From positions 256,001-320,000 of the forward strand of contig CAWFQB010000006.1 of assembly GCA_963817895.1 (NCBI GenBank): a stretch of 64,000 bases of DNA, in the 5' to 3' direction. The stretch comes from an uncultured Chthonomonadaceae bacterium (GTDB taxonomy: Bacteria > Armatimonadota > Chthonomonadetes > Chthonomonadales > Chthonomonadaceae). The position numbers were made by a program, and so were the translations under genes. Shown here in pieces: positions 1 to 9,856 of the stretch. Under the pieces are notes generated by a model. The model had not been told where the DNA came from and did no database searches. It saw nothing but the letters and a program-made list of their open reading frames with translations. The stretch's first letter is position 1. Each line of letters starts with the position of its first letter.

Positions 1-73
1 GAGTAAATGAGCGTTGCTGGACACAACGCTTTGTTGAAGTTGTCGCACGTTCCGGCATATACTTTTCTCGGAA

Positions 74-1360
74 CTAACGGCTGTGGCGCATTCTATAGGC
101 GCTGTCATGGCGGACTTTGCGTTCCATGTTGCTGAGTTGACGATTGCGGATCGTCTGTGCCAACGCCTGCAATTCGGCAACGCGCTCTGGAGCCAGCAAT
201 TTCGCATAGTGAGTAACTACCTTGAGCAGTGACTCGGCGGCTTCCTGATATTTACCCTCCTCGGCCATGCGCAAGGCGCGCGTTTCCGCTGTCACGACGC
301 GCAGTTCCGCCGCTCGACGGCGCACAGGCCAATCGCGGGGCGCGGATTTTGCCGCCCTCTCGGATGCGTAAGTAAACGTGACGGCTGCTCTTTCTGTTTG
401 AACAGTTTGGCTTTGATCCATATAAGACAGGTCGGCGTTGAATGTCAGGGTTCCGGTCTTGCCCGTAGGCGTAAGAACTTCTGCGCAAAGGACGCGCTTA
501 CTGCCCGCAAACAGATCACCAAGGGGGATAGTTACTGTCCGTCCCAGCGTCTCATGCGGCAGATCACCGAGCAGATTGAGCGCGGTGCCCGCAGGAATGG
601 TGAATTTCAGTGTCGTCTGGCGCGCGACAATGCTTTGCAGTTCTCCCAATTCCTGTTGAAACAGCAGCGGGATACTGGATGGATGCTCGATGAAGTGATA
701 GTTGCCGCCGCCATGCGTAGCAATGCCTTCCAGAAGGAACTCGTTGTAATCAGGCGCGACGCCAAAGGTAGAGGTAGACACGCCCCGTATCCGCATTTCG
801 CGGGCATGATGTTCCAGAATCTCCCGGTTCGTCTCTCCGTGATTAGCGCAGCCATCCGTGAGCAGCAGGGCGCGATTGATGCCGTGTGGCATCAGATGCG
901 TGGCGACTTCATTGACGCCGTACAGCCAGCCGTCGAACAGATTGGTGCTGCCGCGCGTCTGCAAGGCGCATATTCGCGCTGTCAAAATGGCCTGTTGTTG
1001 GGCGGTAACAGGCGTGGTTGCAAATATGATTTCCACTTCGTGATCGAAGGCGATAATGGCAACCTGATCGCGTTCCGTCAGGCATTTCAGAACATGGCAG
1101 GCGGCCTGTTTGACAAACTCCAGTTTCTGGCCGGACATGGAGCCACTGCGATCAATAATCAGCGCCAGATTCAGCGGCAGGCGATCTATAGAGCGGACAG
1201 CGTCAGGCGCGGTCACGCTGACTTCCATCAGCCGCTTGGTAACGGTTTCCGCGCTGATAAGCGAACAGTCCTGACTCACTTCCAAACGAACGGCATCGGT
1301 ATTCATGGCAGTAGTCCTTTCCGGTTCTGGCATGTTCTTGAGTTGCGCATCAGAAATCAT
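74..1360 (-). CDS. vWA domain protein (YfbK/Ca-activated chloride channel homolog type), no signal peptide
   Basis: LNLALIIDRSGSM (MIDAS DxSxS), GSTNL, LLLTDG and GGGNYHFI motifs; 428 aa ORF. Confidence 0.9.
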   Translation of the reverse strand: MISDAQLKNMPEPERTTAMNTDAVRLEVSQDCSLISAETVTKRLMEVSVTAPDAVRSIDRLPLNLALIIDRSGSMSGQKLEFVKQAACHVLKCLTERDQVAIIAFDHEVEIIFATTPVTAQQQAILTARICALQTRGSTNLFDGWLYGVNEVATHLMPHGINRALLLTDGCANHGETNREILEHHAREMRIRGVSTSTFGVAPDYNEFLLEGIATHGGGNYHFIEHPSSIPLLFQQELGELQSIVARQTTLKFTIPAGTALNLLGDLPHETLGRTVTIPLGDLFAGSKRVLCAEVLTPTGKTGTLTFNADLSYMDQSQTVQTERAAVTFTYASERAAKSAPRDWPVRRRAAELRVVTAETRALRMAEEGKYQEAAESLLKVVTHYAKLLAPERVAELQALAQTIRNRQLSNMERKVRHDSAYRMRHSR

Positions 1361-1366
1361 GCCGGG

Positions 1367-1900
1367 TTAATTGTGGGGTGGGCGCAATGTCTGCGCGTAG
1401 GCCATCAGCGCATCGAAATATGCCTGCGCTTCCGGTGAAAGCGGCTGACGAGCATGGAGTTCTATGCCCGGCGCAAGCGTAATATGGTTCCAGTTCTCTC
1501 CGCGAACATCAGGCGCGGAAGCCTGTGCCGGAGGAACCGCCCTCTGATCAGCGGCAGGCGTTGCCCGCTTTGCTAACAGACGCTGCGTATATTCCGCCGC
1601 AATGTTAGGAGAGGGCAATCGGCTTTGCTCATTGAAACGCGATAACTGCGCGGCGACATCTCCGTCACTGAGCAGAGCAAGCTGCTGTTTGATTTCCGGC
1701 AACGGCGTGAACGCCTTTTTAAGTTGCAAAATCAATTGCAAGCGATCCAGATGAGCCGTTGAAAATTTTCCGCGCTCATCTGGCCGACGCAAAATACCTT
1801 CAGTGATGTAGTAGCGAATGGTGCGTACCGATAGGTCTTCACCAGTGTCATCTTTAATAGTCTGGGCTAGTTCTTCAATCGTAAAGGTTGATGTATTCAA
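1367..1900 (-). CDS. MerR-family HTH transcriptional regulator
   Basis: FTIEELAQ...SVRTIRYYITEGILRRP...HLDRLQLILQLKKAFTPLPEIKQQL. Likely TTG start at 1900 after AGAGG, rather than the ORF-track start at 2023. Confidence 0.8.
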   Translation of the reverse strand: MNTSTFTIEELAQTIKDDTGEDLSVRTIRYYITEGILRRPDERGKFSTAHLDRLQLILQLKKAFTPLPEIKQQLALLSDGDVAAQLSRFNEQSRLPSPNIAAEYTQRLLAKRATPAADQRAVPPAQASAPDVRGENWNHITLAPGIELHARQPLSPEAQAYFDALMAYAQTLRPPHN

Positions 1901-1916
1901 GGGTGCCTCTATTGAT

Positions 1917-1983
1917 TTGCCAGTTGGACTGTAATTACAGTTCAGCTGGCAATATGATACATTAGTATGGATTGGAATGTCAA
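1917..1983 (-). promoter_or_regulatory. Sigma70-type promoter followed by a 36-bp palindromic operator
   Basis: Minus strand TTGACA(1983-1978)-N18-TATCAT(1959-1954). Dyad TTGCCAGTTGGACTGTAA|TTACAGTTCAGCTGGCAA at 1917-1952, 16/18 matched. Confidence 0.7.
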
Positions 1984-2089
1984 GGGATAAAGAAAAAATT
2001 CGTGGTATATTTTCGCTGTGCATGGAATCTGTTATGACAGATATTCAAAAGCAGGAGTGAAAGCCCTCGCTGATACTTGAAAGAACATT

Positions 2090-2404
2090 ATGTATGCCGA
2101 TGAAAAAATTCTATACAACGGTCAACTGATGAGGCGCGACTATGTTGAGTTTATTGAGGAGGCGCAGCAGCTTACTCACTACAGGCTGGAAGACCGCTTG
2201 TATCCGCGCCTGCCCTATGGTTCGGAAACGTTCCGCTTTCCCGCCGAGGCAGCGCATCAACCCTGCCGTCATTGCGACGTGGTTCAGGGCCAATTGCATG
2301 AGCCGCTTTGTGATTATGAGCAATGCCCGATTTGTAGTGGGCAGGTAATGTCGTGTGATTGCGACCTTTTCACCGAAGATGCGGTACGTCCTGATTCAGT
2401 CTGA
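2090..2404 (+). CDS. Small Cys/His-rich putative zinc-binding hypothetical protein
   Basis: CRHC-x7-H-x3-C-x4-CPIC-x6-CDC cluster in a 104 aa ORF. Confidence 0.7.
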   Translation: MYADEKILYNGQLMRRDYVEFIEEAQQLTHYRLEDRLYPRLPYGSETFRFPAEAAHQPCRHCDVVQGQLHEPLCDYEQCPICSGQVMSCDCDLFTEDAVRPDSV

Positions 2405-2462
2405 TGCAGCGAACCGTCAGCGGAACGTCAGAACATCACTGTGGGTTTAAGAACAGTGCCAC

Positions 2463-2822
2463 ATGAACAATGCAACGCAGTACCAACTTCGGGCGATGTG
2501 GGCGCGAGTGGCACAGCATTTGCAGGATGCTCTGCCGGAAATCAGCGCGCTTATGGAAGCGGAATTCGCAGCCGTGGGAACGCCGTTTCCAGACAGTAAA
2601 CTGGATCAAAACGGTTTACGGGATGGGGATGAAATCGCGCGGGAGTACATACAGCATAATGAGTTGGGTCTGGCTCTCGAACATCTCTGCTACATGGTTC
2701 GTGAAGCCGGTTTGCCCATTTCGGAGCAGGCTTATGCTTCCCTGAAAGCCGCCGGAACGGAAATGCGGATGGATGCAAGTTTCTGGCAGTCTCTCAACCC
2801 GATTCTTCGGCAGGCAGAATGA
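2463..2822 (+). CDS. MafI-family immunity-like protein (orphan)
   Basis: C-terminal EYIQHNELGLALEHLCYMVREAGLPISEQAY resembles the MafI pattern; recognised by eye, no HMM run. Confidence 0.55.
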   Translation: MNNATQYQLRAMWARVAQHLQDALPEISALMEAEFAAVGTPFPDSKLDQNGLRDGDEIAREYIQHNELGLALEHLCYMVREAGLPISEQAYASLKAAGTEMRMDASFWQSLNPILRQAE

Positions 2823-2964
2823 GTACGAACCGTTGACGCTTTGCGCGGCGTATAGTATACTGACGACGGGCGCAATGCCGTATTATGCGCCGTCGCCCAA
2901 CGAAGGAGCCGCATGAAGTCTCGACCCAATTCAGGGAACGGGGAAGAGGAAGGGCGTCCACGCA

Positions 2965-5900
2965 GTGGACAGGGAAACAAAATTCCCCAAACCTCACCGC
3001 CCAACACCCGGATACCAATCAACCACCAACCACCGAACCACCAACCACCGTAACCGATGGCTGTCGCTCGGCCTGCTGTTTGGCCTCTTTTTGCTGTACC
3101 ACAACACGCTGCCGCTGTATACCGACTGGCTCTGGTTTCAGGAGGTTGGCTATACCAATGTCTTTACCACAACGGTTATCGCGAAAACGCTGCTGTTTGT
3201 CGTGTCGGGCGGGCTGTTTTTCGCGCTGGTGTTCGGCAATATTGTGGCGGCGCGTCGCCTTGCGCCCGAATATGCCGACCGGATGCTGATGGAGCGGTTC
3301 GGGCCGGAGTGGGGACGCGCGATACAGAAATGGCTTGGCGTGATACTGTGCGGCGTGACCGCGTTTGTCAGTCTTTGGGTCGGGCGCATCATGTCGGAAA
3401 ACTGGTCGCGCTGGCTGGAATTCACGCATGGCGCGGCGTTCAAGATAAGCGACCCGGTTTTCAACAACGACATCGGCTTTTACGTGTTTCGCCTGCCATT
3501 TCTCGCCACTGTTTATTCGTTTCTCATGGGCGCGCTGTTGCTGACGTTCATCGCGGTTGTGGCAATCCACATTGCGGATCGCGCGGTAGAAACGTTTGTC
3601 GGCCTGCCCGACCTGCGCCCCGGCGTTCGCGCCCAACTGCTGATTCTGCTGGCCTGCATTGCCCTTGCGCAGGCGTTCGGAACGCGCCTGAACGCTTATG
3701 ACCTGCTGCTCAACGACAACGGCATTTACACGGGCGCGGGCTACGTAGATGTGCATCAGCGACTGTTCGCTCTGAACGCGCAGATGGCCGCGCTTATCTT
3801 TGCCGCCGTCGCCTGTTTCGCGTCCATTCGCGGGCGCAGTTTCAAACTAATTCTCGCGGGCGCGGGCGCGTGGGCATTCAGCCTGTTTGTATTGGGTGGA
3901 ATCTGGCCCAATGTGGTGCAGAGAACATCCGTCGTCCCCAATCAGTTCAACTATGAGCGCGAGTATATTGCCCGCAACATCCTTTACACGCGGCAGGGAT
4001 TCGGGCTTGCCAATGTGCAGCGCGTGGACAATTTTCCCGCTAACCAGAGTTTAACCGGCGCGCAAATACAGGCCAACCGCGACACGCTCGACAACGTGCG
4101 CCTGTGGGATCATCCCTATCTGGGTAAGGTGTATAGCCAGATTCAGACGATCAAGCAGTATTACAAGTTCGAGACGATTTCCGAGGGCGGGATCGCGCCC
4201 CCAATATTGATATTGACCGCTACGTCATCAACGGGCGAACGCGGCAGGTGATGCTCGCCCCCCGCGAACTCGACAGCGGCGCCCTTCCCGAATCCGCGCA
4301 GACGTGGCAAAACCAGAAACTCGCGTACACGCACGGCTACGGCATCGTCATGTCGCCCGTCAACAAAACCCTGCAAGGCGACCCGGACTACTTCATTGAC
4401 GGCTTCCCGCCCAAAGCCAGCCCGGAAGCTCCCAACCTGACCGTTTCTCAGCCCGAAATCTACTACGGCCAAATCGCTCATGAGCAGGTTTACGTAGACA
4501 CGCAGCAGCCGGAGTTCGATTATCCGTCAAGTCAGGGGATAGGGGACAGGGGACAGGGAACAGGCCAACCAGCCACCACGCAAGACCATTATGCCACCTA
4601 CAAAGGCAAGGGCGGTATCGAAATCGGCGGCTCGTATCTGCGGCGGCTGGCGTTCGCTTCCAAACTTGGCGATTGGAACCTGATGCTGGCGAGCAATCTG
4701 ACGCCGCGCACCCGTATTTTGTACCGGCGCGATATTCGGGATCGGCTGCAAACCGTCGCGCCATTCGTGCAGCAGGACGGCGATCCGTATTTAGTTTTGA
4801 ATCCCGACAACGGCAAACTGATCTGGGTGATAGACTGCTATACGGTTTCCGACCGCTATCCCTATTCCACGACTAATATAATGCCCGTAACGCCCACGCA
4901 GTTCATCGCGACAAACTACATGCGCAACAGCGTGAAAGCGACCATTGACGCTTACGACGGCACGATAAACCTGTACGTCAGCGACCCGAACGATCCCATT
5001 GCGGAAACCTACGGGCGGATTTTCCCCGGCCTGCTCAAGCCGCTTGTCGCGTTGCCTGCCGGACTGCGCGCCCATCTGCGCTACCCGGAAGACCTGTTCC
5101 GCGTCCAGCGTTCTGTCTATGCCACCTACCATGTGGAAGACCCCCATGCGTTTTATTCCAACGAAGACGTGTGGGCGGTTCCCACCGAGCCAAACCCTAC
5201 AGAACCCACAACCCCCGTCTCCGCCAATGCGCCCCCTGCCGGATTGTCGCAAATGGAACCGTATTATGTGATTATGCGCCTGCCCGATGTAGGGAACAGG
5301 GGACAGGGAACAGGGAACAGGGAACAGACGAACCAACCACCAACCACCAACCGCCAACCACCCGAATTCGTCCTCATGTCGCCGCTCTCGCCGGTCAAGA
5401 AAGAGGATCAGAACATACTCGGCTGGATGTGCGCGCGGTGTGACGGCGACAACTACGGGCAACTGGTGCTGTATCGGTTTCCGCAGCAGGTATCGGTGGA
5501 GGGGCCGTCGCAGATCGTGCAGCGCATCAACAGCGACAAGGTGATTTCGCCGCAGTTGGCATTGTTGCGGCAGGGCGGCTCGACCGCTTCTATCGGCAAC
5601 ATGCTGGTGATTCCCATCGAGCAATCGCTGCTCTACATCGCCCCGCTCTACGTCGAATCCAGCACGTCCGCCAACAAACTGCCCAAACTGCAAAAGGTGA
5701 TCGTCGCCTTCGGCAACAGCGTGGCAATGGACGACACGCTGGAAAAGGCATTGGCAACGCTGTTTCAGGGAACAGGGAACAGGGAACAGGGAACAGAAGA
5801 AGTTCCTCCTCCGAACACCGAACACCAAACACCGAATACCCTTCCGCCCGCTGTTCGCGCCCTGATTGATCGGGCGGGGCAGCAGTACGATACGGCGCGG

Positions 5901-5993
5901 CAAAAACTGAAACAGGAAGATTTGGGCGGCTATGCGGAGCAGATGAAGGCTTTGCAGCAGACGCTCGACGAATTGCGTAAGGCAGCAAAATGA
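2965..5993 (+). CDS. UPF0182-family membrane protein, frameshifted near 4200, with in-frame heptamer-repeat inserts
   Basis: YTDWLWFQEVGY, DPVFNNDIGFYVFRLP, NVRLWD, YTHGYG, PEIYYG, NYMRNSVKATIDAYDG and HLRYPEDLF. Two ORFs (2965-4251, 4248-5993) join across DIDRYVING. Confidence 0.9.
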
Positions 5994-6051
5994 AGCATCA
6001 ATTTGGTTCCGGTTTGGCGATTGATAAATACCCATCGCTATATGGCATCCG

Positions 6052-6114
6052 GCCGAGGTGTCCTACGGACGCCAATCTTATAATTCATGGAGTTGCGTCC
6101 GAAGGACACTTGGC
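6052..6114. repeat. REP-like inverted pair (GTCCTACGGAC / GTCCGAAGGAC family)
   Basis: GTGTCCTACGGACGC...GCGTCCGAAGGACAC. Related palindromes at ~9767, ~41461, ~56517 and ~56554. Confidence 0.6.
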
Positions 6115-6147
6115 GGAACGCCAACAGAGACAGGCGTTTTCAACGCG

Positions 6148-8689
6148 TTGCGCCTGAGTAGAGCATTAATTGTATTCACCATACTATTCTCAGCGGCTCA
6201 GGCACACGCCACCTATCGCGCCGACTTTTTCGATACGAGCAAGCGTCCGACTGTGACATTTGATAAGGGCAAAACAACGTGGACGCTGCGCAATCAGGGC
6301 GTGGAGCGGATTGTCCGTTATGACGCCAAAGCGGGCGCATTGGAAACCATTGCCCTGCGCGATCTGAAAACGCATCATACACTGAAACAGGCGCCGGGGG
6401 GCGAGGGCGAAATTTCTTTTGCCTCTCCCCTGCTGGAAACGCCCCAACGCTTGCCGGCTGGAAAGTTACGGACGCGGAACCCGGCAGCGCGTGGACGCAG
6501 CCGAATTACGATGACAGCAAATGGAAGGCTGTCAGCCCGCCGCCGGTTGCGGGACACGCGAATGATCAGCAAAGGGGGATGCCATACTGGTATCGCGCCG
6601 CCATTCCTGCCGGACAGTCTGAAAGCGGGCCACGCCTACGCGCTGTATCTGCCGTCCGGCTCGATACCGGGCGAGGAAATTTTTGTTGACGGCGTATCCG
6701 CTGATAAAGTACGCCGACAATGGGCGCCGCGGAATGGAAAAGCGGAGCAGATTGACCTTCCGCCCAATGCCCGTCAGATTGCCGTCAAAGTCAACGGAGG
6801 AAGCCTCGCCCCTGCCCGCCTACATCGTGGAAGTGGGAACATCGCCGCCCAACCTGAACCTGTCGGGCAACTGGCAATTGATGCAGCATACCGTCAACGC
6901 GGGCGAAGATAACAGCGAGGTACTGAGTATTCAACTATCGGGCTTGAAGCAGTACGAGGGTTTTGAACTCGCGGTCAGTTACCAGATTTATGCGGGCGAG
7001 GAGCCGACAATCGCCAAGTGGTTCTCATTTGTGCATCATCGCAAGTCCAACTTTCTGCTTGAATCCGCGACAATTGACAAATGGATATTGCCGGAAAGCC
7101 ACTCGGACACGCGGCGCGTTGGAAGTGAGACGGGCGTATTGGCCGATGCGTTTGAGAAGACGGGGGATGTGCTGCTGACAGCCGCATTGGAAGCGGGAAA
7201 CGCTGTAGAAATTAATGGCGGCAGCGTAGCCCCGACCGCTTATTTGTACGCCGCGCTCAGATCGGATATGCCGCAGCGCACTCCCCGCGCCCTGACCGCC
7301 TTCTGGCATGGCAATGCGAGTGTTGCCGCGTTTTTGTACCAACTTTACATGGGGCAGTATGTGGCGCGGGGCAAGCCCGATTCTATTCCCCTCGCCTACA
7401 ATACGCGCTTTACGTATCGTGACCAGATAGATGCCGCAACGTGTGAAAAAATTATTCCGCTTGCCGCCGCTCTGGGAGTGCAGGCGTTTGTATTGGACGA
7501 CGGCTGGCAGACCAATCGCGCGGCAGATACGGGACGTTATGGCGACTGGCTGACCGACAAAATCAAATTTCCAATGGGATTATTGCCGATTTCCACCCTT
7601 GCGCGCGTCAGTAAAATGCGGTTTGGACTGTGGACGGACGTTACAACCGTCAGCCCCGGTTCGCAGGCCGCGCTTCTGCACCCGGAGTGGCTGTTCAAAC
7701 CTCTGCCGGATGCGTCGGAAGACCAGCCTCCCATGTGTTTTACGGGAGCATGGGCGCGACAGTACGCGCAATCGTTTCAATCCCTGTGCCGCGAATTGGG
7801 CATAACCTATCTGAAAGTGAATTTTCAGCCGGAAACGAATTGCATGGCAACGGAGCATGAGCATCCGACCGGGCATAGTTTGGCCGCGCAGGGGGAAGCG
7901 TGGGCCATGTTCAACGAAATTCTGCATGGTGGGGATAAAACGCTTGTGGTAGTGAACGCGGGGAACGGCGCGCGGCAGGCCGTCAGCGCGTACTCCGACA
8001 TAAACGAGGGCCGGCTGGATAAGGAGTGGCTGGAGCCATACCAAATTGGGAACCGAAAGCAGGAAATGGGATTCTGGTACAACCTGTCAGACATTTTGCA
8101 GCCCAAAAATCGGGACGCGGAATCCGGCGACGCGCTGTTTCAGCAGCCGTCTTTTACCCTCTGCGGGCAGGCGTTGTGCCATGTGCCGACAACAGAACCG
8201 ATAACGAGGGATCAACTGGATTATCTATGGTCGAGCGTCGCGGGGCGTTACGCGAATTACGAAGCGCAGGGCGATTTGCAGCAGATGACAACCGAAGAGC
8301 GCGAAGCGGCGCACAGGTGGCTGGAATGGAGCCGCGAAAACCGCGAATGGCTTGCGTTTACGCAACCTCTTGCTGTGGAATCTGCCGCAGGCGGCGACAA
8401 GCGCGGAAACACCGCAACCAGCAATGTTCGAGGCGTTCTGCACCTGCGAAATGCGCTGCAAGGCCGCTATGGATACGTCTGTTTGTGGAACATGGATAAC
8501 GCGGAAACAATAGTAACGCCCGCCTTCGACCCGTCCGACTACTTCGTTCGCGTCAAGTCCGGCATGAGCATCGTCAATATAAAAGACAGCAAGCCGGTTC
8601 CTTACGCGACGCATGGCGGAACCATTTCGCTCGGCAAAATCACTCTTCCCGCGCATGGCTGGGTTATTTATGAGGTCAAGAGTAAGTAG
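6148..8689 (+). CDS. Secreted GH36 alpha-galactosidase-like protein, several frameshifts at ~6450-6800
   Basis: Signal peptide (LRLSRALIVFTILFSAAQAHA). GH36-like motifs FVLDDGWQ, YGDW...KFPMGL, FGLW and LLHPEW. Confidence 0.7.
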
Positions 8690-8704
8690 TAAGAGGGCTA
8701 TTTT

Positions 8705-9658
8705 ATGAAACATCAGGGTACGGCGTTTCGGGAAGAGATGGCGCGTTTTCAGGCCGATGTAAACGGCAAGAAATTCCGCCTCGGCATGGGAACCGCCTAT
8801 ATCGGGCAGGGCGCGGACGCGGCGAAGTTGAAACAGTTTCAGCAGACGCTCGACGATGCGTATGCGGCAGGATTGCGCTATGTGGATACGTCCGCGCAGT
8901 ATGGCGGCTCGGAATATCGGGTTGGCGAATTTCTAAGCCGCATTGATCGCGCGAGCGTGTTTGTCGCCACCAAATCGCCTATTCCGCAGCCATTGACAGG
9001 GCGCGAGGCCGCGTTGCACTTGCGGCAGAGTTTGCGCAACAGTCTGGAACGTTTGGGCGTGGAGCAGATAGACCTGTTCCAAATCCATGATGTGGAAACG
9101 TTGGATCAGGTTTTGGAAGCCGGGTATGTGCTGGACGCGCTGAACGAAGCGCGGGAACAGGGCTTGATACGTTATTTCGGATTGGCGACGCGATTTCATC
9201 ATCTGCTGGAAACTACAGTTCGGCATGGCGGTTTCGATACCATTTTGACGTACACGGATTTTACACCCGTTCAGCAGTCGGCGCGCGAATTGATTGCGCT
9301 TGCCGCGCAGCGTGGATTGGGCGTGATCAACGGTTCGCCGCTCGGCTTCGGCCTGCTGACCGGGCCGGACCCGCGTACAAACCCAAACCTTGGCGTGGAA
9401 CAGAAACGCGGCGCGAACATAGCGGGACGATGCTACGACTTCTGCAAGGAACACCGTCTGCCCCTGCTCGCCCTTGCTATGCAGTACCCGCTTCAAAACC
9501 CGAACATCAACATCACGCTGACGGGCGCGGCCCTGCCCGAAGAACTCCGCGCCACGCTCGAAGCCATCCAATTGGAGTTGCCTGCCGACATCTGGCGGCA
9601 ACTGGAAGCCGAAACCGGCATCGCGCCCCCGGTTGCTGAGGGTACGTTTTCAAGGTAG
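8705..9658 (+). CDS. Aldo/keto reductase
   Basis: LGMGTA, YVDTSAQYGGSE, VFVATK, SLERLGVEQIDLFQIHD and GSPLGFGLLTG. Confidence 0.92.
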   Translation: MKHQGTAFREEMARFQADVNGKKFRLGMGTAYIGQGADAAKLKQFQQTLDDAYAAGLRYVDTSAQYGGSEYRVGEFLSRIDRASVFVATKSPIPQPLTGREAALHLRQSLRNSLERLGVEQIDLFQIHDVETLDQVLEAGYVLDALNEAREQGLIRYFGLATRFHHLLETTVRHGGFDTILTYTDFTPVQQSARELIALAAQRGLGVINGSPLGFGLLTGPDPRTNPNLGVEQKRGANIAGRCYDFCKEHRLPLLALAMQYPLQNPNINITLTGAALPEELRATLEAIQLELPADIWRQLEAETGIAPPVAEGTFSR

Positions 9659-9695
9659 GACGCCCATATTGTTCGGCTTCTGCCGACAACGCAAG

Positions 9696-9815
9696 GCCGG
9701 GTATTGAAAATACCCGGCAGGACAAAACAAGCGTTCTGCGAACGCCCCTTTATATAAAGATTTCCGCGTCCGTAGGACGCTTGCACTTTCCTGCCGGGTA
9801 TTTTCAATACCCGGC
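9696..9815. repeat. Inverted pair of REP-like palindromes
   Basis: GCCGGGTATTGAAAATACCCGGC (9696-9718) and its exact reverse complement (9793-9815). Confidence 0.8.
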
Positions 9816-9856
9816 AACTCGCAGCATATCCATACTGGCATCGAAGGGCTACCAAC

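Noticed and set aside
4190..4260. Programmed ribosomal frameshift in UPF0182
   Set aside because: The break is at a C homopolymer with no canonical slippery heptamer, and similar breaks affect many unrelated genes.
2965..5993. Diversity-generating retroelement or intron behind the repeat inserts
   Set aside because: No reverse transcriptase, no TR/VR pair and no group I/II intron structure in the window.
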